Shown piece after piece: positions 14,414-23,181 of a stretch of 25,516 bases of DNA. This stretch comes from a bacterium (GTDB lineage Bacteria > UBA9089 > CG2-30-40-21), in the NCBI GenBank assembly GCA_043823615.1, contig JBDRAP010000154.1, positions 1 to 25,516 on the forward strand, given 5' to 3'. The notes under the pieces were generated by a model, which made no database searches, had not been told where the DNA came from, and saw nothing but the letters and a program-made list of their open reading frames with translations. The number at the start of each line of letters is the position of its first letter. The stretch's first letter is position 1. The position numbers and the translations under genes are program-made.

Positions 14414-16304
14414 GGGACGGTTCATTTTCATCATTTTTCCTATGATTTCTTTTGGATTTTATGTTTACCTGCTGTTTTTTTTCCTTTAAGTTTTCCCCAA
14501 TGTATGATATACTATAGAAATATATTCTTTCGGGAGGGGGAAAAATGGCTTTCAAAAAGATTCCTATTGAAACAAAGGTTGCAGCCCTTAAAAAGGCACT
14601 TAAGCTTTCTAATCCTTCTGAAGTTGCCCAAGAGTTTGGCATCTCAGAAGAGACACTGCAAAATGATTTTAAGAACATCATTGAATCTCTTTCTTCTATG
14701 CTTGCGCGAAAATCCATGACAAAACAGATACTCAGTCGTTTTTTTTTCTTCAGATAATCCATTATCCTGTCCTGAATGCAAAGGTACAAATATATCCCGC
14801 AATGGACGAAGATGGGTGATTAATTGGGTAAAGCGAATGCTTTCTCACATTCTTTTTATCCAGGATAAAGATGTTGTCCAACAATATATCTGTAATGATT
14901 GCCATAAAACCTTTCCTTCTGAGAATGCCCATCTTCTTAAACAATTACGCCAATCCGTTAAACTTTTTGTTTGTAAGTTTATCTGTCTGCTTCGGTTCAA
15001 AGAAGGACTATCTTTAAGAAGCATCTCTCGAATCGTTGATTTTGCCTTTGGCATTAACTCTTCTTTGGGCTATCTTTCCAAATTCACCAATACCATCGGG
15101 CAAAAAGCTCAAGATAAAATAAAAAAACTATCTCAATGTCAGGCAACAGAGACAGCCACAGTTGTTATCATTGACGAAACCTTTCCTAAAATCTTCCATA
15201 AATCTATTTGTCTTGGTTTGGTTATCTGTGAATATGGTCTCATAAGAGGTATTGCCTGTGTTAAAAAATCCTCCTCTTCTATCAAAGGACTTGTAAGACA
15301 ATGCATCGGAAAGTCCTTTCAGCCTACCTTTCTTCTCGGTGACTTTTTGCCTGCTTATGCGGAAGTAGCTAAACAGCTTAAACTTACTCGCCTGACTGAT
15401 TTTGTTCATGCCATACGACATATCTATAAACTGGTAAGGGTTCATATTGGCGAAATCCGTCTTACCATAAAAGATCATCAAAAATTTACTCCAAAAAAAC
15501 GCAAAGAACTTCTTAAACTCAAAAAGAAGCTCTTGAGAAAACAAATTATGCCAGTTATACAGACTCTCTTCAAAGGACTTAAAAAAGAGTATTGTGCGGT
15601 TGGCCATCTTTATATACTGGGAGCTTTAACCGAGATTGAAAGATTGACAGAACAATTCCCCTGCCTTGAGCCTCTCTATAAAGCTGTCAACAAGTTTGTC
15701 CATAAGTATATTGATACATGGAAACTTCAAATGGAATTGTCCCATATTGTTTCTACTATTCCAACTACCTCCAATTCAATTGAATCCAAAAATTCTATCC
15801 TCAGAATCTTTTCCAAACGGATTAAGGCATTTTTTTCAACCACATCTCTCTTGCGATTTTTTAGTGCAGTAGCCCTATGGGAAAACTTTGACATTAAAGA
15901 ACGAGGTACTCATAAAGGCACAAGTGCTATCCAAAGAGCTGGTATCAACCTTGAAGATTTCAATGCCACAAGTTTCTTTAAGGCTGTAGAGCTTGAAAAT
16001 GTCTCACAACAAAACACCAAGAGATTTGATTCTGATAAAATTGTTTCCTATCTTTTTACACAAATACTTGCACAAGCCGTCTAAAATAGACTCTTATGCC
16101 TCTTGTCTTGTTAGGATATAAACTACAGGCATATTATGTCCACATTTTGCAAAAATCCAGCTGAATAAATTATCTAATCAAATAATGTTCCAAAACTTTT
16201 ACCACTATTTGATCTCGGGCAAATTTAACTACAATTTTGCCCTTCCTGTCTTAAAATCACTCTATTCTTTACCCGCAAGCTTTCAAACAATAGTGAACCA
16301 TCCC
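14414..16304 (+). mobile_element. Insertion sequence with Mutator-like (IS256/ISH6/ISKra4-type) DDE transposase
   Basis: Candidate TIR GGGACGGTTCA (14414-14424) / TGAACCATCCC (16294-16304), 10/11; encloses the transposase; the right end falls exactly where a host gene is cut. No target duplication. Ends are less certain than the transposase. Confidence 0.65.
14545..16084 (+). CDS. DDE transposase split into two frames (HTH 14545-14757; Zn ribbon-HTH-DDE open from 14720 to 16084)
   Basis: Frame 2 upstream of the track start reads SCPECKGTNISRNG and later YICNDC (Zn ribbon); IIDETF, LLGDFLPAY, DFVH (C/D-x2-H), TTSNSIESKN. Frames overlap across a T9 run at 14739-14747. Confidence 0.8.
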
Positions 16305-16328
16305 CAAAAGAACTTTTTTAGTGTACAT
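16305..16328 (-). pseudogene. 5' stub of a gene truncated by the IS
   Basis: AAAAGGAGGA SD (16344-16335), 6-nt spacer, ATG at 16328, reads MYTKKVLL and then enters the IS right end at 16304. Confidence 0.6.
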
Positions 16329-16346
16329 TGTTTATCCTCCTTTTAT

Positions 16347-17708
16347 TTAATACCAAAGGTCTATCCATTCAATCTTCCAATTTTGCTTTTGTGCATCCAA
16401 GGCAATAGACTCCCATGCATAAGCCATACCTTGAACATTATCAAAGACCATTTTTACATCAGGAGAATCAATTTGCATTAATATGTTTGTAGCGTGCCAA
16501 AAATCCCTTCTAATATAATAGGCATTGGATAGGTCTAATAAATATACTGGATCGCAAGGACTTTTTTCAAGTAAAGCAGGTGCTTTGGAAATATAATCCA
16601 TATTATTCTCAAGCAGCCCTTTCTTGAAGCAGGCCATTCCTGAGTAATACGAGAATAGTTTGTCTTCTTCTTTACATAAAGATAAAGCATTATTTAGGTT
16701 TATCCCCAGTCGGCTATATATATATCCCAATTCACTCATAACCCCTGGACCTGGTCTATTATTATATTTCTGTCTAACTTCATTCCAAAGAGTATTCGCT
16801 GTTGTTCTTGTTCCTTCCAGGTAATATGCGACCCCCAAATTTATCTTAGCCTCAGCCTTTATCTCCCATTTACTGGAGCCAGTGAGTGGTGTTAATGTTC
16901 TGATACTATCGCCTATCCTTCTACCCATAAGCTGGGCTATACCAAGTTGATAGCATAAGGAATCATTTCTTTTTTTCTTTATTGCCATTTGATAATACTT
17001 CTCTGCTGCCCTGAGATGGACCAGAGATTTTAACTTTAAGATACCTGGGTCATAAAATCTTGAGAAAACCCCTTCACCTCTTCCATCTATTAAATCAGGC
17101 TCTTTAGCGTCAATTTCCCTTATTAGGCTTAAGGCTTTATCTATCTTTCCTTTCTCCAAATATATCCAGACGAGTCCTCTTTTGCCTATTTTTTTCTTCT
17201 GGCAATATTCAAAGGCAGTATCCATATTTATTCCTAATTCTGCATACAGGTTACCCAATTTACTCAAAAATTGAGGGTTATCCTTCTTTTTAGAATAGAC
17301 CTTATCCCATAACCCTTTTGCTTTTTTAATCTCTCTTTGCTTATAATAACAAGCACCTGATTTAATCATAGCCTCAAAGTACTTATCAGAGGACTCCGGA
17401 ACTCTCTTAAAATCAGCAATTGCCTTTTTAAGCCCTCCCTGATAATAATAACATAAGCCACGATAATACCAGATATGGTCTTTTCTCTCACGCTTTATCC
17501 CTCTTGGAAGTTCTCCTCTACCAGCAAGATATAGTTTTGCATTATAATAATTAAGCTGAGTATTTACTGCGGTATTAAATAATGCGTTATAGAATAGCCC
17601 TAACTTGTGATATTCCTGAGCTTGAGGATCTCCCGGTAGTTCTTGTCCATCAACTACGCCAGAACAAAGGCAAAAAATAATAATATACCATAATATCTTA
17701 ACCTGCAT
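16347..17708 (-). CDS. Secreted TPR-repeat protein
   Basis: N-terminal hydrophobic signal; TPR-like units (WYYRGLCYYYQGGLKKAIADF, CYQLGIAQL, INLGVAYYLEG); GGAGAG SD. Confidence 0.75.
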   Translation of the reverse strand: MQVKILWYIIIFCLCSGVVDGQELPGDPQAQEYHKLGLFYNALFNTAVNTQLNYYNAKLYLAGRGELPRGIKRERKDHIWYYRGLCYYYQGGLKKAIADFKRVPESSDKYFEAMIKSGACYYKQREIKKAKGLWDKVYSKKKDNPQFLSKLGNLYAELGINMDTAFEYCQKKKIGKRGLVWIYLEKGKIDKALSLIREIDAKEPDLIDGRGEGVFSRFYDPGILKLKSLVHLRAAEKYYQMAIKKKRNDSLCYQLGIAQLMGRRIGDSIRTLTPLTGSSKWEIKAEAKINLGVAYYLEGTRTTANTLWNEVRQKYNNRPGPGVMSELGYIYSRLGINLNNALSLCKEEDKLFSYYSGMACFKKGLLENNMDYISKAPALLEKSPCDPVYLLDLSNAYYIRRDFWHATNILMQIDSPDVKMVFDNVQGMAYAWESIALDAQKQNWKIEWIDLWY

Positions 17709-17718
17709 ACTCTCTCCA

Positions 17719-19002
17719 TTATCTGGGTAAATCTAAGACCTTAAATTCCTTAATAAATATCCTCTTCCTTTTTGTATAATTATCCATTGCAGAATACGCA
17801 ATAAAAATCTCCTTACCAGCCTCACCATCATAATAAAAAGCATCAATATCACTCATCAACCGTTCCTCTGTATAAACTATCTTCTTATTATTAGTTATAA
17901 CATCTTCCACCTCTATTCTATCCTGAGTTGCATAGATATAGATTAGAGTTGTTGTTCCATAAGGTAACCAGCAAGGACCATATATATCCGTCTTAAGAAC
18001 ATTATCTGCTATCTTTTTTTTATCTTCCCCATTATTTTTCATTACCCACAAGTCGTAGATTACACCATCCTTAGTAGAATAATAGGCAATCATCTTACCA
18101 TCTGGTGAAAATGTAGGGTTACACTCGTATGTAGTAGTATTTGTAGTTAGTTGTGTTTTTATCCCTTGTGCTGTTGTCCCAATATTAGCATCAATTAGAT
18201 ATATATCCATATTGTTCCCTTTAAATGATGAATAAATGATACTTTTCCCATCCGGTGACCATTTAGGATTCATCTCCTCCATACTGTTGTCAAATGTAAG
18301 TCGTGTTATCCTTGAGAGGTCTATCATTTCACCTTCTTTTGGTAATTCAAAGGTGTACAGGTCTCCGTCAGTTCCTGCGAGGGTAGATATAAATGCAATC
18401 TTTTTATCCCTTGAACAATCTCCATTTATATTTACTACCGAAGCCCAATTCTTATCCTCTATAGCAGTTGATGTTCCCATTATTTTACCATCTTCTCTTA
18501 GATAGAATAATGTGTTTGTTCTTTTATGTCGAAGAAAAACAATATTCCCATCAACCTTCTTTTCTAAAGAAAGAAGAAAAGAAGGTTTGATATTTTTTGA
18601 AATTTCGCTACTCATAAGGTCAACTCCTAATGTGAATATAATTTTTTTTGCATTTTTATTTTCACTCAAAGGTATAAAACTAAGATTTTCAACCTCACCT
18701 TCACAGATACAAACAATTGAAGGACTGATACCACAATCTATATAATACAGATATGGCTTTTCTTCTCTACTTTTATATATGACCATTTCACTATATGGTA
18801 TCCATTTTGGCACAATATTATCTTTCATAATCTCTCCGCGTTTCTCATCTATAAGAAGAGATCTTATGAAATCTTCCCTAATCCATGTAGCACTAATTGT
18901 GCCGTCAATTTCACCAAATCCTATATTAGGGAAAAGAAGAGAGATAAAGATCAAAGAAATAATCCATCTCTTAGTTTTTTCCATATACTTCAAAATTTTC
19001 AC
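17719..19002 (-). CDS. Secreted TolB-like beta-propeller (PD40 repeats); start may be TTG 18993 or ATG 18984
   Basis: Signal peptide; NPKWSPDGKSIIYSS, NPTFSPDGKMIAY, DLWVM, GPCWLP. Confidence 0.8.
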   Translation of the reverse strand: MKILKYMEKTKRWIISLIFISLLFPNIGFGEIDGTISATWIREDFIRSLLIDEKRGEIMKDNIVPKWIPYSEMVIYKSREEKPYLYYIDCGISPSIVCICEGEVENLSFIPLSENKNAKKIIFTLGVDLMSSEISKNIKPSFLLSLEKKVDGNIVFLRHKRTNTLFYLREDGKIMGTSTAIEDKNWASVVNINGDCSRDKKIAFISTLAGTDGDLYTFELPKEGEMIDLSRITRLTFDNSMEEMNPKWSPDGKSIIYSSFKGNNMDIYLIDANIGTTAQGIKTQLTTNTTTYECNPTFSPDGKMIAYYSTKDGVIYDLWVMKNNGEDKKKIADNVLKTDIYGPCWLPYGTTTLIYIYATQDRIEVEDVITNNKKIVYTEERLMSDIDAFYYDGEAGKEIFIAYSAMDNYTKRKRIFIKEFKVLDLPR

Positions 19003-19012
19003 CTTCCTTTAA

Positions 19013-19954
19013 TCAAATAGGATTTGGGAATAAAGACTTTTTCCTGCAACTTATCTCTTCGCCCTGATCTTCAAGAATATAGTCAAATTCACCATCCATT
19101 ATCTTCCATTCCTTATTATTTTCTATCATCATAACCCTTGCCTTCTCAGTAAGTGGATTTTTGCTTTCATTAAATATTTTCTTAAGCGTATCTGTAAGTG
19201 TTTCCTTATTTAAATCCTTCGCACATTCTTTTGGGATATAAAATATTACAGGAGAAATTTCATCATCTTTATCTGTGTTCGGATCAATTCTTTCTAATTC
19301 AATCTCTTTCAAATCTTTTGTATTTCCCGGAGCTAAAGATGAAATCTTCAACGGTTTTTCCCAATAATATTTATGGGAAAATTTAAGTATAATTTTTTTA
19401 GCATCAACGCAGGTAAAATTGAAATCTCCCTGTCCTGAAGTTTTTTTGCTGTCAGCATATTTATTATCTTTTCCTTCGTTTAAAATTTCTGTAAGGAGTA
19501 CCTCAACTCCTGGTAAAGACTTTCTATCTTTTTTATTTATGACCCTACCTTTTATTTCAGCCCCATAAACAACAATCTTCTTTAACTGAGGATTATCTAA
19601 TGAAGGTAAATTTTCGTAAGTTACACTGGGATAACAAAACTCTTTAGGTAAGGTTATTTTTAGCTTATACATATCTTTACTCTTAAGTGCTTTTTCAGGA
19701 ACAGATATTATTAGTGTTTCAAATTTCCCTTCGTTTCCTGTTGTTAATGTCATTGATTTTATAACTGATTCTTTTTCTTCCTCTATCTCCTTATCCACAA
19801 TTTCTAATGTTAATGTTAATCCGGATATTCCATTACCAGTATTTTTATCTACAATCTGTCCAGAAACACTTAGATTTATAGGCTTGCAGCCTATCATTCC
19901 CCACAGAAAGATAAGGATAAAAAGAGAGAATAAAATCTGCTTTTTATTCATCAT
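19013..19954 (-). CDS. Lipoprotein with carboxypeptidase-regulatory/Cna-B-like beta-sandwich domains
   Basis: Basic N-terminus, hydrophobic core, lipobox MIG-C; ISGQIVDKNTG..I.G and IKGRVIN......LPGVEV..T...G.F.F repeats; AAGGAGGTG SD. Confidence 0.7.
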   Translation of the reverse strand: MMNKKQILFSLFILIFLWGMIGCKPINLSVSGQIVDKNTGNGISGLTLTLEIVDKEIEEEKESVIKSMTLTTGNEGKFETLIISVPEKALKSKDMYKLKITLPKEFCYPSVTYENLPSLDNPQLKKIVVYGAEIKGRVINKKDRKSLPGVEVLLTEILNEGKDNKYADSKKTSGQGDFNFTCVDAKKIILKFSHKYYWEKPLKISSLAPGNTKDLKEIELERIDPNTDKDDEISPVIFYIPKECAKDLNKETLTDTLKKIFNESKNPLTEKARVMMIENNKEWKIMDGEFDYILEDQGEEISCRKKSLFPNPI

Positions 19955-22192
19955 CTATTTCACCTCCTTAATTTTAACCTCTTGATACATTCTTTGTATA
20001 TCTTCTTGCTGCTGCTGAGAATAAACATTAATTTCATCGTAACAATTTCCAACCCGTTCCCTTGCTTTATATAAATCTTCTGGATTCTTAGATTCTCTAT
20101 ACTTCATAAACCATGCCATTGCCCTCCAATATAGAATCTCTTTTGTTGCTTCTCTTTTGTTCATAGGAAGTCCAACATCCGTACAAATGCGAATATCTTG
20201 TCCCCATCCCTCAAGTCTATTCCACGCTGTGTCAAAATCCATAGCAGATGCTCCATATCTCTGTACTCCGTAAAGAGCCCGTGCTTTGTAGTAATAGTAA
20301 TACACATCTTTTTCTAATCCAGCTATTCCCAATATACTTATCATCCTTTCATAATTTCTCTGATTACAATACAACAATACAAGATTCCATGAGGATGACT
20401 TAAAGTAGCCATTCTTAGGATTATTCTCAATTCTTTCTAATACTTGGCTAAATAATTCTATTGCCTCGGTATAATTGCTCTGTCGTTTTGCCTCTATTGC
20501 CCTTCTATATGTTATGCCTATGTCAGGATTAGCTATCCACAATCTTATTTCATTTCCTTTATTAACCAGTGCACTTGGTTTTGGGTCTTGACTTATAACT
20601 ATCCAGTTATCCTGTGCTCCAGGAGTTTCTACGCTAACCCCAAGGAGATTATTGGCAGTGATTGTTTTTCTTGCCTCTTGTAAGGTCATACCAACAACTT
20701 TAGGTACTTCAACCCATTTTGCAATGGTCAACTTTACAGTACTTCCATGTTTTACCAGTGTGCCAGCCTGTGGATCTTGCTCAATTACTGTACCTTCCGG
20801 CTTGTCACTATACTTTTTCTCAATGTCCCATTTCAAGTCGATATTTTTTAGTATTTCCTTCGCTCTTTCTTCATCCTTACTATTCAAATCAGGTACTTCA
20901 AGTAGTTTAGATTTTGCCCATAGCATAATCTCTGTTTCTTTAGGTTTTTTTTCACCACCTTCAGGTTTTTGTTTTATTACCTTCCAGTCATCCTGTGCAT
21001 TAGGGGTTTGAACGCTAACTTCAAGAAGGTTATCAGCAGTAATCTTGTCTTTTGCCTGAGATGATATCATATCGACAACATCAGGCACTTTTGCTGTAGT
21101 AGTTGATGTTTTTGTAGTTATAGGTGGTGTCGCTTCCTCTTTTACATCAGTCACCTCAATAACTTCCTTTTGTTTAGCCCATAGTTCAATCTTTGTCCCT
21201 TTCTTTGTCCCTTTAGGTACTTCCTTACCTTCTTCAGGTTTTTGCTCTGTAACCTTCCAGTCAGCCTTTGCCTCAGGAGGAATAGGTTTAGGTATAACTC
21301 CATTGGCGATAAGGACTTCCCTTGCCTCTTGCAATGTTTTATTAACAACTGGGGAAACAGGAAATTTTTCTGATATTATCTTCTCGAAAAAAGGCTGTAA
21401 AAAAAGTAGTATTACTCCTGCTACTACTGCTGCTAATACTGTCACTAAAAAATGATTTTTCATCCACTGAGGAATAATCTTTAGCAAAGATTTTTTGGGT
21501 ACAATTTTTTCATTCTTCCCAACCAAGTTATGCATAGACACTTTACTTAATGGGTAATTTTTCTTTTTTAAGAGGACCTTTAGATGGTCGCTGAGGTGTT
21601 TATTATAAGCATCAGGAGTGATTAATCCAGAATTAGGTTGTACCATTTTTTGAATCTTTGTCGCAGTCTGTAAGGCCTCACTATGCCATGTGTTGGGATC
21701 AGAATGACATATGGTTATACCAAAATCAATACCTATTCTTAGATTTATATCACTTTTCGTTCCTTCAAAACATAATTTGTTTTTACCCTCATCAGTATTG
21801 AAATTCTGTAATTGATCAAAAATCTCCATCGAAGATAAGACAGCATTATCTACTGCTTTATCATCTAAGAAGTAGAATATTCCACCATCGCCTGCCCAGC
21901 TTAACTCTTTCCCCTTTTTTGAGATAATGATAGAATTTAACCACTTACGAAGTGCAACTAAAGTAGCGTCAATATCATTATGGTTAAATTTTGAAGAAAA
22001 AGCTGAATGATCTACTACATCAATACTGAGGAAGCAAATATTTTTTTGCTCTCCATCTTTTTCTTCCTCCTGTTGATTCTTTACCCCTTCAGTTTCTTTC
22101 TCTTCTTTCTTTGGATGAACCTTTTCATCCTCTGGGACAGATTTTTTTGCCTCCTCAATTGCTCTTCTCATGTATTCTTCATTTTCGTTCAT
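19955..22192 (-). CDS. Class III nucleotide cyclase-like domain + TM + 4 PASTA domains + TPR-like C-terminus
   Basis: aa 52-222: FLSIDVVDHS (D58), WAGDGG (D102), LRIGIDFG; TM aa ~248-269; PASTA at ~279-340, 369-427, 433-492, 496-554 (VP.V.G.T..EA...L, V..Q.P..G..V..G..I.L); helical TPR-like aa 560-740; AGGTG SD. Confidence 0.8.
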   Translation of the reverse strand: MNENEEYMRRAIEEAKKSVPEDEKVHPKKEEKETEGVKNQQEEEKDGEQKNICFLSIDVVDHSAFSSKFNHNDIDATLVALRKWLNSIIISKKGKELSWAGDGGIFYFLDDKAVDNAVLSSMEIFDQLQNFNTDEGKNKLCFEGTKSDINLRIGIDFGITICHSDPNTWHSEALQTATKIQKMVQPNSGLITPDAYNKHLSDHLKVLLKKKNYPLSKVSMHNLVGKNEKIVPKKSLLKIIPQWMKNHFLVTVLAAVVAGVILLFLQPFFEKIISEKFPVSPVVNKTLQEAREVLIANGVIPKPIPPEAKADWKVTEQKPEEGKEVPKGTKKGTKIELWAKQKEVIEVTDVKEEATPPITTKTSTTTAKVPDVVDMISSQAKDKITADNLLEVSVQTPNAQDDWKVIKQKPEGGEKKPKETEIMLWAKSKLLEVPDLNSKDEERAKEILKNIDLKWDIEKKYSDKPEGTVIEQDPQAGTLVKHGSTVKLTIAKWVEVPKVVGMTLQEARKTITANNLLGVSVETPGAQDNWIVISQDPKPSALVNKGNEIRLWIANPDIGITYRRAIEAKRQSNYTEAIELFSQVLERIENNPKNGYFKSSSWNLVLLYCNQRNYERMISILGIAGLEKDVYYYYYKARALYGVQRYGASAMDFDTAWNRLEGWGQDIRICTDVGLPMNKREATKEILYWRAMAWFMKYRESKNPEDLYKARERVGNCYDEINVYSQQQQEDIQRMYQEVKIKEVK

Positions 22193-22230
22193 TTTTTTTC
22201 ACCTGAAAATGTGGAGTTAATAGCTATGGT

Positions 22231-22450
22231 TTTCGACCTGTGCAATTAGAAACAAAGAATATGCTCGCAGATTTCGCAGATTAAAAGAAATTGCAAATAA
22301 ATTCGACAACTAATGACGGAAAAACTTGTAGAGACACAAAATTTTGTGTCTCTACTACTACATGCCAACAGATTTTTCTTCCTCATTTTTCTGATAATCC
22401 GTGAAATCTGTGAAATCTGCGAGGATTAATCTTAATTGCACAGGTCGAAA
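22231..22450. mobile_element. MITE-like nested palindrome, family B copy 2 (220 bp)
   Basis: Perfect 18-bp TIR TTTCGACCTGTGCAATTA / TAATTGCACAGGTCGAAA; collinear and highly similar to 6567-6797; central 28-nt palindrome 22328-22355. Confidence 0.85.
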
Positions 22451-22457
22451 GATTTTA

Positions 22458-23168
22458 CTACAACCAAAGAAAAACCTTTAATACTAATCCAAAAATAACA
22501 GCAAAAGCCGTACTGGCTATACTGTCAAACAAACTATATTCTTTCTCTTTCACACTGGAAATAGCCATACGAGTGATAAGGACTATGGGAATAAACAAAA
22601 AGAATAAACATGGCAGAAGAATTAAAGCCACAACCAATAACCGCTCAACTATCCCATAGCGTTTAGTGTTCAACGATAGACTCATATATCCCTTAATAAA
22701 TATTTTCTTTAAGTAATGAATAAATATTGCTCCAAAATACCCTGCGGCAATAAACCCACTTATTGTTAAAATTATTCGTTTATTCTCCAGCACACCCCTT
22801 ATAGATTCAGGCAGTACAAGTAATGGTGCTTGAATAGGGATAATTATAAGGCTAACTAACCATGCTGTGAGTATATGTAGGCATTGATCTAATAAAAACA
22901 TCCAGAGATTGTCTAAATTCTCAGTTTTTTTGGTAAAAGCTATCTTCGTATAATCAACTATAAAATGGGTCACTATCAATATAATAATTACTATCCACAT
23001 CCGCATCGTAAATAGATATGGTAATAAAAACAATATTGCTACCACTCCTATAATTGCACAATGTAATAATACTCCCCATTTACTCTTTAGCTTTAACTTA
23101 AATATCTCATTAAATTGTAAAGGAAAATCCGCAATTAAATGAGCCAATAATAGGTGACAAAAGATCAT
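22458..23168 (-). CDS. DUF3307 family membrane protein
   Basis: HLLLAHLIADFPLQ, H..IVG, HFIVDYTK, FLLDQCLHI, YGIVERLL; start set at ATG 23168 (track GTG 23180). Confidence 0.8.
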   Translation of the reverse strand: MIFCHLLLAHLIADFPLQFNEIFKLKLKSKWGVLLHCAIIGVVAILFLLPYLFTMRMWIVIIILIVTHFIVDYTKIAFTKKTENLDNLWMFLLDQCLHILTAWLVSLIIIPIQAPLLVLPESIRGVLENKRIILTISGFIAAGYFGAIFIHYLKKIFIKGYMSLSLNTKRYGIVERLLVVALILLPCLFFLFIPIVLITRMAISSVKEKEYSLFDSIASTAFAVIFGLVLKVFLWL

Positions 23169-23181
23169 ATTTATACCCACT

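Noticed and set aside
14375-14789. ORFs 14375-14719 (+) and 14397-14789 (-)
   Set aside because: Cross the dapL/IS boundary and overlap the better supported HTH frame.
16217-16242. GGGCAAA...TTTGCCC hairpin as intrinsic terminator or IS200-type end
   Set aside because: No clear U-tract on either strand and the transposase is DDE, not HUH.
14405-16316. AAGAATATT / AAGAACTTT as IS target duplication
   Set aside because: Two mismatches and the right copy is offset 3 nt from the TIR.
21191-21214. Perfect 12-bp tandem duplication (KGTK-KGTK) in PASTA 1
   Set aside because: Real but most simply an in-frame slippage in a loop; no sign of function.
19955-22192. Pycsar or other anti-phage system call for the cyclase
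   Set aside because: No adjacent PycTM/TIR effector; the PASTA ectodomain and exported partners point to envelope signalling. Not excluded, but unsupported.
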